A program made the translations under genes and the position numbers. Shown here piece after piece: positions 1-12,348 of a stretch of 64,000 nucleotides of DNA (its first letter is position 1; each line of letters begins with the position of its first letter). Origin of the DNA: Chiloscyllium plagiosum. Taxonomy: Eukaryota. The DNA lies in the NCBI RefSeq assembly GCF_004010195.1, contig NW_025215381.1, positions 377,003 to 441,002 on the forward strand, written 5' to 3'. A model generated the notes under the pieces. It searched no databases. It was not told the origin of the DNA and saw only the letters and a program-made list of their open reading frames with translations.

Positions 1-13
1 AGGGGTGAGGGTA

Positions 14-382
14 TGTGTGTGTGTGTGTGTGTGAGGGAGAGAGAGAGAGATAGAGATTTTTACAGTGAAAAGCAGAGGGAATGTAAGGTGAAACTCTGTG
101 ATTGAGAGTGTTACAACACCCTGCAATGAGATGAAAGTGAGATTCTGCATGTATGATTATTACCAAACCCAGCAGATGGAGATGTATCTGGGATTGCATG
201 TGTGTGTGTGTGAGAGAGACGCTAAGCTGAGGGAGACGCAGATGACAGTGTGTGTGTGATATTACTGTTCCCATCAGAGGGAGATGGAAGTGAAATCATC
301 TGTGTGTGGCAGATATTACTTCATCACTGAGCAAAGATGGGAAAAATGATATTGCGTGTGTGTGTGTGCGCGCGCACGCATG
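14..382. repeat. (GT)n/(GA)n microsatellite-rich low-complexity tract
   Basis: Several gtgtgt/gagaga runs separated by degenerate spacers. Confidence 0.8.
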
Positions 383-980
383 CGTCAGGCAGTCCCAGGG
401 CTGGAGTTTGTAAATCAGAACAGATTGCAGAAGAATATAAAGGAGCTTTTTGGAAAGAATTTGGGCTAAAGGCCCTGTCTGTATGCTATAGGACTCTATG
501 ACTACGACTAATATAAAGGTATTGTTTGTAAGGGTTGGGTCTTTAAAATTGTACCCTGAATCAGATTGCCTTTGTAAGCATGAGCCTTCTTAAGTCAGAC
601 ATATGTAAATGGGGTCCCCTTATAGCAACAGCTGAAAGATTACAGGATGAAGTTTAATCCATGAAATGTTTATTATATGTCAAAATTTAAAAGTCTTTGC
701 AATGAAATTGAAGGAAAATTTAATGCCACTCCTTAACTCACTTCTGACCTTACTCTGGGTCACTGAAAAATATGGGTTTACATAGGGACTTAAGACCTGA
801 AGCATATACTTGATTTCTTCCAGGTTGAAATTGGACTCATTGGAGTTGGAACCTGTGAAATAATTCACGTTTGAAATTCGGACTTGGAGAAATGTTAACA
901 GAAACAGCAGCCATAACAGGATAAAAGTGCCTGAGATACAGAAGAACAGGATGATGGACTTTCCCCAGTTCTTCTCATGT

Positions 981-1687
981 TTTTATGAAGATGTGGGTGT
1001 ACTTTCAGAGTGTTAAAAGCAACAGAATTACCGGACACAACACCAAGTGTTCTCAATAAGGCACCAATGTAATACTTGGTCGAACAGCTCAATTAGCTCA
1101 TTGCCTGGAGACAAAAACAAATTTGAATTCAGCCAATCAATTTAAATTATACTCCCCAAAAAATCCAAACTCCAATCCAGTTTGAATTGAGTATACTGAC
1201 AATCTTAAAAGCCAATGACACAATCCGATGCTTTGGGAGTGTAAGACTGGGGAAAATTGAACAGTTAGGGGGAGAATTATCAAACCCACCATGTAAACAG
1301 ACTGCTTGAAAAATAGCTCTTTCTTAAAAGTACCTTTTTGATCAGTAACCTGTAATGCAGAAATTCCTAACGGAGAAAAGAAGACACAGGAAGATTGGGA
1401 GACAAGAACCTACAGCTGCCTGGTTTTGAAATAGGAAGTGTTGTTTTGTAAATTTTAATTGGGAGTTTTATCAGACAAATTTTACAGAAGAGAAGATAAA
1501 AGATAGGTCAGAGAAAGAAATTGTAAATAGTGGTTAGTTAATTATTCTCTGTTATACTTTAAGAAATTAAGTTATTAATTTACATAGTTCTTGGCCACTC
1601 GAGTTTTTCCAGACTACTGCACGGGGTAAATCTTTTCCGTGTTGCTGCTTTTAGATTAAGCTGGAGGGTTTACCCCATGTCGTAACA
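981..1687 (+). mobile_element. solo LTR-like element (~700 bp)
   Basis: Ends …cgtaaCA and is homologous over its length to the reverse complement of 44913-45882 (shared atgaagatgtgggtgtac start and cttggccactcga…gggttta end). Strand is arbitrary. Confidence 0.6.
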
Positions 1688-2075
1688 GTGTCATTCAGAT
1701 TTTCCACCTGTTTATCAACACGGAGCCTTTTATGAGTTCAAATACCTTTAAAATTTGTCTGACAGTCACACCATTGAACAGCAAGGGGAAAACAAATAGG
1801 AGACAAGGGGTTGAAATGCATCGAATCCAATCAAATGCAGCCCATGAAGGTGAGATATAAACTAAAAAAATTAATTTTGCAATGCCATATTATATTACTG
1901 ACTTCATATGTTAAGTGCCAAAATATGTTTTTCAAGCAGCTCATGCCACAAACTGCTCCTATAACCCCAGCTGCTATTTTCTCTGAGCAGTATCTTGTCT
2001 TCAATTTCGGGCAAGAAATGCCTACCAACTAATCAATAGTGAATATGACAGCTGCCCAGACAGAACAATCCCTGC

Positions 2076-2194
2076 AGAGGAGAAAGTGAGCACTGGAGAT
2101 CAGAGGCGAGAGTGTGTTACTGTAAAAGCACAGCAGGTCAGGCAGCATCCGAAGTGCAGGACAATCAATGTTTCGGGCATAAGCCCTTCATCAG
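2076..2194 (-). mobile_element. Penelope-like 3' end fragment with hammerhead motif, 15-bp TSD
   Basis: Minus strand ctgatgaagggcttatgcccgaaac; direct repeat cagaacaatccctgc at 2061-2075 and 2192-2206. Confidence 0.75.
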
Positions 2195-2273
2195 AACAAT
2201 CCCTGCTTCCAGCTATTAGCACAAGATTGACACTACAGTTTGGGGTGACATAAAGGACGTTGAATGGCATGTA

Positions 2274-3212
2274 CAGAACAACCTTGGTTATCCAAACATC
2301 AATTATCTGAATTTCAGATTATCTGAACAAGATCTTAAGGTCCCGTAAAGATGTTACATTAAAGAGGTATTACCAACACTGGTGCGGCAATCACATCTTT
2401 TATTTAAAACTGAATTTGGATTACTTGTACTGAGTAAAAGGTGAAAATGCTGTCAGAAACAAAGTAACACAAACACCTCATGCATCAGCGACTTGATATT
2501 TTTTACGTAAGGGTTAGTTACACAACTCTTTGCAAAATGAATTGTTTTATTCTCGTCACTATACCAAGTCATTCATGAAAAAATGTCAGAGAAAGTAAAC
2601 GCATGAGTGAGACGGTCCTTCTGTCTTTTTATCGTAACACTGAGTTCAGCAGAAACTGACAAATGCTCTTGTGATTTTAGAAGCTTGCTTAATGCTGGGA
2701 TTTCCATACTTATGTTTAGTCCTTCTCAGTTTAACTGAACTTGGGCAATTTGCTCCTCACAGCCTGAAATATTGCTCTAGTATTATTTCCTGCTGCTAAA
2801 GTAACAAGATACTTCTGAACAAAACATTTAAAGATCTGCAATATGCAGAATGCAAAGATTAGTTCGTTTAAGTAGCAGACTTATCAAAATTATAGATTAA
2901 ACAAACTTTCTGGTAGAGCACAGCATTAGATCCTCAAATCTCCTCTAGAAATATGTAGTGTGCTTAAGGAATATTTGAGGAATTTACCTCTACCTCAATG
3001 AAATTTATTTACACAAGAAGTGATTTTATTTGTAAAATATTTTTAAGCAATATCCAGTGCTTGTACACATTTTATTGATTGAATGAAATTTTAAAAAAAC
3101 TCTGTAAATGTGTTTTATGGCTTCCTTTGTTTACGATCAGATTAGTTATCTGAACAATCAGTTATCCGAACAAAATACTCCCTGGCCCATTCGGATAATC
3201 GAGGTTGTTCTG
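2274..3212. mobile_element. non-autonomous Tc1/mariner (Tigger/pogo-like) DNA element
   Basis: Terminal inverted repeats cagaacaaccttggttatcc / ggataatcgaggttgttctg, TA on the left side, subterminal ttatc(c/t)gaa repeats; no transposase ORF. Confidence 0.7.
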
Positions 3213-4869
3213 AAAATATCAACAATACAGTTCAATATTATAACTGTAATAATGACCATCAGATCGGTGCATAGATGTAGTAAGTGATGCCTCTGGGGAA
3301 GCCACACATTCCTCTGGATAGGATCATAATCACTGCCAAGTTACCCTCAATATGAAAAAGAGGCAGTATCCAGAGGATGAAGGAAATAGAATAATAAGAG
3401 AGAAAGTGTGAGCAGAGCCATAGGACTTGACTCCTCAAATAAAGTTTTATTTTCAAAATTTTGTGTAAACTCTTTTTATCTGGCACTTGATGCTGAAACA
3501 AATTCATTATTCTATGAACTGTAATTTTTAAAAAATAATCAACCAGACAAACAGGATAGAATATTGATACCAAAATGCAAAATAATGTAATATTATTCTT
3601 GTTAATTGTGAAGATTAAGGATATTAAAGTAAAGGCATTACAGGAATTAGGAAAGAAAATAGTATTGTTAAAATCATGTTAAGTTAGAAGCTAAAATGTA
3701 GTAATCAGCATTTGAAATCCAAAAATGAGAGCAGGACCAATTCAGAGCATTGCCTCAGCATGACCTCAGCAATGTTCACTGAGCAACCATCTAGCACAGG
3801 TTATTTTGAAGATTAAGCTGAAACTAAACCACAAATGCACTTAGAGATAGAGAATGGAAGCCCAAAATTTTGTGATATGGAGAGAGAAAAAGAAACTAAT
3901 GAATAAAGTGATCAGACACAATACATTATCACCACAACACACTTTTTTTTTTAACCATTTGTCACAAGATGCGCAATTTTGCTGTAGTCAGTTGTTATAT
4001 TCAGCTGATAAATTTTAATCCTCTGAATATTGTGACTTCATATGAGGCATGTAATATTCGATAGTGTGAGAAATAGTGATCATAACATGGAGAAACTGTT
4101 ACCTCTTGAGTGCAGCATCCAATAATTAATCTGATTATTAAATTCAATATCTTTCCAACCTAATTTAACATGTAAACCTGTCAAAAAAATCAGGAGGTTT
4201 AGAGAGGTTCTGAGTACAATTTTCCTTCACCAGAAGGTGATGAGGTCTTGAATGTACTTCCCGGGAGTGTAGTTGAAATGGGAAAGCTGACAACTTTTTA
4301 AAAAAGGATGTGGATCAGCACTTGAGATGTCATGGCTTTCACGGCTATGGGTTTGAAAATGGGATTAGCGTAGATTTAGAGTAATTGATGTTGGTATAGA
4401 CTCGATGGACCTCTTCTACGCTGTGTGGTTCTACGTTTCTATGGTTACACTCCTGCAATCCAGACAATGACGTGGCACAACAAGAGTGGCCGTATAGTGG
4501 CATACATATTGACTGATTCTGATTAGGATACTGATTAGGAATGATCAGCCATGATCATGTTGAATGGCGGTGCAGGCTCGAAGGGCTGAATAGCCTACTC
4601 CTGCACCTATTGTCTATTGACTGCATTTTAGCTTACATTTGAGAGTGAAACATTACATGTGGATACCTCCTAATTCTACTATGTGACAGTGTCAATAGGT
4701 TTCCCTTCATAATTATTTCAAATGAATCTATTGGCATAGATTATGAAATACCAACAGGGGTGCCGGGACTTGAACTTGTGACCCAGAGGTTGGGACACTG
4801 TATAACACAATTCTTTGTTATAACCATGAGTGTGGTAGACCTACCCACCGTGGGCGGCACAGTGGCAGT

Positions 4870-5193
4870 GGGCGGCACGGTGGCATAGTGGTTAGCACTG
4901 TTGCCTCACAGCGCCAGAGACCCGGGTTCAATTCCCACCTCAGGCGACTGACTGTGGGGAGTTTGCACGTTCTCCCCATGTCTGCGTGGGTTTCCTCCGG
5001 GTGCTCCGGTTTCCTCCCACAGTCCAAAGATGTGCAGGTCAGGTGAATTGGCCATGCTAAATTGCCCGTAGTGTTAGGTATAGGGGTAAATGTAGGGGTA
5101 TGGGTGGGTTGCGCTTCGGCGGGTCGGTGTGGACTTGTTGGGCCGAAGGGCCTGTTTCCACACTGTAATGTAATCTAATCTAATCTAAAAAAA
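4870..5193 (+). mobile_element. HE1-like V-SINE (tRNA head, V core, CR1-like tail)
   Basis: A/B boxes tggcatagtgg / ggttcaattcc, V-domain tctgcgtgggtttcctccgggtgctccggtttcctccc, (taatc)n tail. Confidence 0.88.
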
Positions 5194-6789
5194 ACAGTTG
5201 AGCACAATTTGTCAATGCTCCTTTGCCTCTGTCCTCACCTTAGGAAGAAATCCAGATTAAAATGACTGGATTTAGAGTGCTTACAGTTATTGCTTATTGC
5301 TTACAGTTTAGCAAGGTCGCAAACTAGAGATCTTTGCGTGTTAAGTGAACTTTATGAGCTTCACTGCACGACAGGAATGCCAAAGCAATGATAAAATCAA
5401 GAGGTAGAATTGTAACTAAAGAGATACATTAGCCAGATACATTAGCCAAAGAGATACAACTAAAGAGATACATTAGCCAAAAAGATACAAAGCAAGTATC
5501 TTTCCAGGAACGACATTATAACTCAGAAAGGGAGGAAGTTACACAAAATGAACTTGTGATCATAGCAGTTTTATTTTGAGGCAGCTAAAATCATAATGAC
5601 TTTCAAAACATATGACAATTTCTAGTACAGTACCTGAGACTCAATAGCTGCAAGAGTGGGATAATAAATTACAAAAAGAAAAACTTTTGGTGCACCATGC
5701 ATCTCAGGAAGATTCACTGCTCCATATTATATGTGTGACACATTTATACCTGATGTGAGGCTGCCAGGAGCAATGAGGTGTCTTGAGTTTGGAAATCAAT
5801 TCTGAAATTGCAACAACAAAGAAGAAGTTGTTTTGAAATGTCTTTGGCTTGACATCAAAGGTGAAATATGAAAGACCCATGTCAGATCCCAATCACACAT
5901 CCTCAGAAGAAAGTTTAGAAACACCAGAATGGAGCTATTATTTACAGCAAGCACAGAGAAAGCTGGAGAAACTCAGCAGGTCTGGCAGCATCTGAACGGG
6001 AGAGTTAATGTTTCGAGTCTGGTGTAACACTTCTTGAGAACTGAGTTCTTTGTCAAAGTAGTTTCAATGAGTTACTGCAGTGCATCTGTGGGATGATATA
6101 TGCTGCTGTCATTCTGCATGGAGGCCTATTCCTGTTGTGCAGTGAAGTTCACTTGACATGCAAAGATGGAGGTACATAGGACAGACAGAGAGCATTTAGT
6201 TAAAAAGAACTAGTTGGGAAAGACTGAAAGACAGTAAAGACAGGATTATGTGAATTCCAGAGGTGAGGTAAAATTGACTACCTTTAATATTAAGGCCACA
6301 TTGGACGAGGTGTGACTTCAAGGAGCCCCACCAACATGGATTCAGGGGGAGTCGGGTGAAACCTCTATGCTGGTTACAATCATACCTGGGACATAGGAAA
6401 ATGTGGCGGTTGTTGGGGGTTAGCCACCTAAGCTTAAGGGCACCTCAGCAGGATGTGTTTAGGTTGGTGTCCCTGGACATAGCCATCTTTAGCTGCTTCA
6501 GCAATGAACTTCACTCCAACATAAAGTCAAAAGTGGGATGTTCGCCAATGATTGCTCAATATTCAGCACCTATTCGTATCTCCTCAGATACTGAATGTGT
6601 GTCCATGTTGAAATGTAATAAGATCTGGACAATATCAAGGCTTGTGCTGACAAGAGGCAAGTAACATTCAGGCCACACAAATGACATAAAATGATCATCA
6701 CCAATAATCATTGCCCCTTAACATTCAATGATGTTACTATCACTGAAATCCCAACTATTAACTCCCTGGAGCTAGCAATTGGCAGATGC

Positions 6790-7345
6790 TGGACAGGCAT
6801 TGGTTAGGCCACTGTTGGAATATTGCGTGCAATTCTGGTCTCCTTCCTATCGGAAAGATATTGTGAAACTTGAAATGGTTCAGAAAAGATTTACAAGGAT
6901 GTTGCCAGGGTTGGAGGATGTGAGCTACAGGGAGAGGCTGAACAGGCTGTGGGGCTGTTTTCCCTGGAGCATCGGAGGCTGAGGGGTGACCTTATAGAGG
7001 TTTACAAAATTATGAGGGGCATGGATAGGGTAAATAGGCAAAATCTTTTCCCTGAGTTTAGGGAGTCCTGAACTAGAGGGCATAGGTTTAGGGTGAGAGG
7101 GGAAAGATATAAAAGAGACCTAAGGGGCAAGTTTTTCACACAGAGGGTGGTAGGTGTATGGAATGAGCTTCTAGAGGATGTGGTGGAGGCTGGTACAATT
7201 GCAACATTTAAGAGGCATTTGGATGGGTATATGAGTAGGAAGGGTTTGGAGGTGGGACTAGATTGGATTGAGACATCTGGTCGGCATGGATGGGTTGGAC
7301 CGAAGGATCTGTTTCCATGCTGTACATCTCTATGACTCTATGACT
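6790..7345 (+). mobile_element. CR1-clade LINE 3' end (HER1-like), inserted in an older LINE (~6290-7965)
   Basis: LVRPLLEYCVQFWSP, FFTQRVVGVWN; (ctatgact)n tail. Confidence 0.85.
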
Positions 7346-8803
7346 TGCCATATAAGTACAATCTTCTCAAAAACCTGTTAGAGGCTTAGAATGCTGCCAG
7401 AAATAACTCAGCTTCTGACTCCCCAAAGTCTGTCCACCATCTAAAACGTACAAGTCAAGAGTGTGACAGAATGCTCCCCACTTGCTTGGATGGGGACAGG
7501 TCTAACCATACTCAAGAAGCTTGATGCCATCCAGAGCAAAGCAACCCACTTAATTGGCACCACATTCACAAGCATCCACTCCCTCCACCATTGTTGCTTC
7601 AGTCACAGCAGTGTGTACCATCTACTGAATTCACAGCAGAAATTCACCACGGGTCCTTAGACAGCACCTCCCAAATCTATAACCTCTAACATCCAGAAAG
7701 TCAAGGGCAGCAGATACATGAGAATGTCAACAGCTGCATGTTAACCTCAAAGCCACTCACCATCCTGACTTGGAAATATATTGCTGCTTCTATAGTGTCC
7801 CTGTGTGAACAATCCCAGACTCCTCCCAAACAGCATTGTGGTTGTACATATACCACACGGACTGCAGTGATTCAAGAAAGCAGCTCAGCACACTCAATGA
7901 AGGAGCAACTGGGAACAGACAACAAATACTGCAGCAGTGACCCCTATGTCCTGTGAGTGAATAATGAAAAGTGCAGGCAGAGATATGTAGAAATAGCTGT
8001 GAATCTGATCAGCACACTACCATCTTCACTGGGGATGTTAGGGATGGGCATTAAATGCTGTTTTCGCCAGAGATGCCCACATCCCATGTACAAAGTAAAC
8101 ATAACAGATTGATCATACAATCTAGAATAAGGAGCACGATAAAAAATTCAAACAGGAATTGAACACAAGGTAAATAAGAGTGTTCAAGAAAAAGCAATGA
8201 GAATGGATTGGCATCTAACACCAGAATTAGGTCATTATACAATTTGGGTAATGGTCATAACACAAAGGCTGATTATGACCCAAAATTGTAAATATAGAAA
8301 GTTTACACCTATCTGAAGTAATCAGAGATTAAGATTTGTTCTACAGGTGATGAATAGCATGGCACAGCCACAGTGGGAGCAGAGTCCTTGAGTATACTTA
8401 AGACTGAGAGAGATAGATCCTTTGTAGGAGCTAATTACTGCAGAAATTGGAATCTGTACTGAAAGCAATAAATGCTGGAAATCACAGCGGGTCAGGCAGC
8501 ATCCATGGAGAGAGTCCAAGCTAACGTTTTGAGTTTATCTTCATCAGAGATAGATCCTCGATCAGTTAGGGAATCGAGTGTTACTGAGAAAAGGCATGAA
8601 AATGCATATGAGGAATGTCGGATCAGTCTAATTCCTATTGAATGATGCAACAGGCTAGAGATGCCAAATAAATGGTAGGTCCTAGGGGAGTACTGAGGAA
8701 CAAGCAGAGCTTGGTGTACAAGTTCATAGATTCCTGAATTTGTTAGTGCATTTAGACAGGATGATTGTGAAGGTATCCGGGATGCTGGTCTTCATTAGAA
8801 TAT

Positions 8804-9019
8804 AGCTGAAAATGTGTTGCTGGAAAAGCGCAGCAGGTCAGGCAGCATCCAGGGAACAGGAGAATCGACGTTTCGGGCATAAGCCCTTCTTCTTCCTGAA
8901 GAAGGGCTTATGCCCGAAACATCGATTCTCCTGTTCCCTGGATGCTGCCTGACCTGCTGCGCTTTTCCAGCAACACATTTTCAGCTCTGATCTCCAGCAT
9001 CTGCAGACCTCACTTTCTC
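8804..9019. mobile_element. fold-back Penelope-derived insertion with hammerhead motif
   Basis: Arms of ~88 bp centred near 8893; tcttcattagaatatag repeated at 8789-8805 and 9018-9034. Confidence 0.8.
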
Positions 9020-9030
9020 TTCATTAGAAT

Positions 9031-12000
9031 ATAGAACATTAACACAGAACAGTACAGCACAGTACAGGCCCTTCAGCCCTCGATGTTGTGCCGACCTTTT
9101 ATTCTACTCTAAGATCAAACTAACTTACATACCCTTCATTTTACCATAATCCAAGTGTCACTTAAATGTCCCTATTGTATCTGACACTGTTGGCAGTGCA
9201 TTCCATGCATCCACCACTCTCTGAGTAAAGAATCTACCTCTGACATCTCCTCTAAATCTCCCTCTAATCACCTTAAAATTATGCCCCCTCATGATAGCCA
9301 TTTCTGCCAGGGGAAGAAAGTCTCTGGCTCTCTATTCTATCTATGCCCCTCATGATCTTGTGCAGCTCTATCAAATGACCTCTCATCCTTCTTCACTCCA
9401 ATGAGAAAAGCCCCGGCTCCCTCAACCTTTCTTCATTAGACATGCCCTCCAGTCCAGGCAGCATCCTGGTAGATCTTCTCTGCACCCTCTCTAAAGCTTC
9501 CACTATAATGGGGTGACCAGAACTGAACACAATATTCCAAGTGTGGTCTAACCAGTGCCCTATAGAGCTGCAGCATAACCTTGCAGCCGTTAAACTCAAT
9601 CCCCCTGCTCATGAAAGCCAACACACCATACACCTTCTTAACAACCCTATCAACTTGGGTGGCAACTTTGAGGGATCTATGGACGTGGACACAAAGATCC
9701 CTCTGTTCCTCCACACTGCCAAGAACTCCTCCTTTATCTTTATATTCCTTGTTCAAATTTGACATTCCAAAATGAATCGCTTCACACTTTTCCAGATTGA
9801 ACTCTGTCTGCCACTTCTCAGCCCAGTTCTGCATCCAATTAATGACCCATTGCAATCTACAACAGCCCTCCACACTGTCCACAACTCCACCATTCTTTGT
9901 GCCATTGGTAAACTTACTCACCAATCCTTTCACTTCCTCATCCAAGTCATTTATAAAAAGCACAAAGAGCAGAGGTCCCAGAACAGATCCCTGTGGAACA
10001 CCACTGGTCACCGAGCTCCTGGCTGAATACTTTCCATCTACCATCACCCTCTGTCTTGTATGGGCCTGCCAGTTCTGTGTCCAGGCAGCCAGATGTCCCT
10101 GCATCCTATGCTTCCTTACTTTCTGAAAGAGCCTACCATGGGAAACCTTACCAAACATCTTAAAATCCATGTACACTACATCCACTGCTCTACGTTCATC
10201 AACGTGTTTTGTCACATTCTCAAATAATTCAAAAGGTTTGTGAGGCATGACCTGCCCATCACAAAGCCACACTGACTATCTCTAATCAAGTTATGCATTT
10301 CCAAGTAATTATAAGTCTTGTCTCTCAGAATCCTCTCCAATAATTTGCCCATCACCAATATAAGACTGACTAGTCCATAGTTCTCAGGATTATCCCTATT
10401 CCCTTTCTTGAACAAGAGAATAACATTTGCCACCCTCCAATCAACTGGTACTACTCCAGTGAGGATGCAAGGATCATCATTAAAGGCTCAGCAATCTCTT
10501 CCCTTGCTTTCCATGTGAACGCTGGGTGTATCTTATCTGGCCCATGGGACTTATCTCCCCTCATGTTTTTCAAAATTTCCAGCACATCCTCCTTCTTAAC
10601 ATCCACCTGTGCGAGTGTATCATCCTGTTTCACACTGTCCTTACAAATGACAAGGTCCCTCTCACTAGTGAATACTGATGCAAACTACTCTTTAAGGAAC
10701 TCCTCTATGTCCTCTGATTCCAGGTAGACGTTCCCTCCATTATACCTGATCTGTCCTACCCTAACTCTGGCCATCCTCTTGTTTCTTACGTAAGTGTAGA
10801 ATACCTTCTGGTTTTCCTTAATCCTGCCCACCAAGGTGTTTTCATGCCCCATTCTCACTCTTTTAATTTTATTCTTCAGTTCCTTCCTTGTAACCTTCTA
10901 GAGACCTGTCTGATTCTTGCTTTCTCAATCTGAAGTAAGCTTCCTTTTCCCTCTTGACTAGATGTTCCACATGTCTTGTTATCCAAGGTTCCTTCATCCC
11001 TTCCTTGCTTCAGTGGGTCAAACCTATTCAGTGCAAGTGCTCCGTGAACAACCTCCATATTTCTGTTGTGCATTTCCCTGAAACTTCCCAATTTAGGTGC
11101 CCCAGTTCCTGCCTAATGCCATTGTAATTCCCCATCCCTCAATTAAACACTTCCTCATACTGTCTGCTCCGATCTCTCTCCATGACTAATGTAAAGTTCA
11201 GAGAGTTGTGATCACTGTCTCTGAATTGCTCTCCTGCCAAGAGATCTGACACCGGACCCGGTTCATTGTCAAGCATCTCATCTGCTACGGTCTCTTCTCT
11301 AGTCGGCCTGTCTACGTATTGAGTCAAGAATCCGTTTTGGACATAGCTGACAAAAACTGCACTAAGGAGTTTCCAATCAATATTCGGGACATTGCAGTCA
11401 CTCATGACCACAATTTTGTTACTTCTGCACCTTTCCAAAATCTGCCTACCAATCTGTTCCTCCGTGTCTCTGTTGCTACTGGGGAGTCTAAATAAAACTC
11501 CCAATAAAGTGACTGCTCCTTTCCTGTTTCTGACTTCCACCTATCATGACTCGCTCGACAGACTCTCCTCGGTGACCTCTCTTTCTGCAGCTGTGATAGT
11601 ATCCCTGATTTGCAACTTCCCCACCTCTTTTACCTCTCTTCCTATTCCTTTTGAAACACCTAAACCCTGGAACATCCAACAACCATCCAACCCTGTGGTA
11701 TCCAAGTCTCCATAATGGCAACAACTCCATAATTCCAAGTACTGATCCATGCTCTAAGTTCATCACCATTATTCCTAACACTTCTTGCATTAAAATAGAC
11801 ACACTTCAACCCATCACATTGTCTGCACCTTTGCCCTATCAACTGTTCATCCTTCCTCACAGACTCTCTGCACACTGTATCTACCACATCCTCTGACCTA
11901 TAGCTCTGGGTCCCAATCCCCTGCCAAGCTAGTTAAAACCTTCCCGAAGAGCTCTAGCAAACCTCCCGCCCAGGATATTGGTACCCCTCCAATTCAGGTA

Positions 12001-12294
12001 CAACCCATTCTCCTTGTACAAGTCCCATCTTCCCCAGAAGGTATCCCAATGATCCACATATCTGAAGCCATCCCTCTGACACCACCTCTGCAGCCACGTA
12101 TTCAGCTGCACTTGCTCTCTGTTCCTAGCCCCACTAGCCTGTGGCACCAGGAGCAGTCCTGAGACTATTATTCTGCTCATCCTACCCTTTAGCTTTCAGC
12201 CTCATTCTCTGTATTCACCTTTAGGTCCTCATCCCTTTTTCTAGCTATGCCATTGGTACTAATGTGTGCTATGACTTTCAGTTGCTCACCCACC
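9031..12294 (-). mobile_element. decayed CR1-clade LINE (ORF1 SGNH esterase part, APE endonuclease, RT, 3' tail)
   Basis: VSGLL…GFRYVDHW…GLYLN; YFNARSV…[37 protein letters not shown]; gttct-type tail at 9031-9050. Confidence 0.9.
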
Positions 12295-12348
12295 CCCTTT
12301 AGCAAAAAAAGAAGCAGTTTTGTGACAGCTCCCCCCCCCCCCCCCCCC
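12295..12348 (-). promoter_or_regulatory. polypurine tract and first ~30 nt of a truncated 3' LTR
   Basis: Minus-strand G-run + AGC followed by TGTCACAAAAC, downstream of RNase H; CR1 sequence begins right after. Confidence 0.6.

Noticed and set aside
4870..4945. tRNA gene
   Set aside because: The A/B boxes belong to the tRNA-derived SINE head, followed by the V core; no complete cloverleaf.
5414..5490. Short tandem duplications of gatacattagcca
   Set aside because: Local slippage with no evident structure or function.
1..9000. A second host gene downstream of MINK1 (e.g. CHRNE, its neighbour in human)
   Set aside because: No ORF-track peptide or splice-bounded segment resembling a known protein was recognised; short exons could have been missed.
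9436..10272. 278-aa ORF as functional or domesticated RT
   Set aside because: The catalytic FADD motif is decayed (FTNG) and the ORF is flanked by frameshifts; an ordinary dead CR1.
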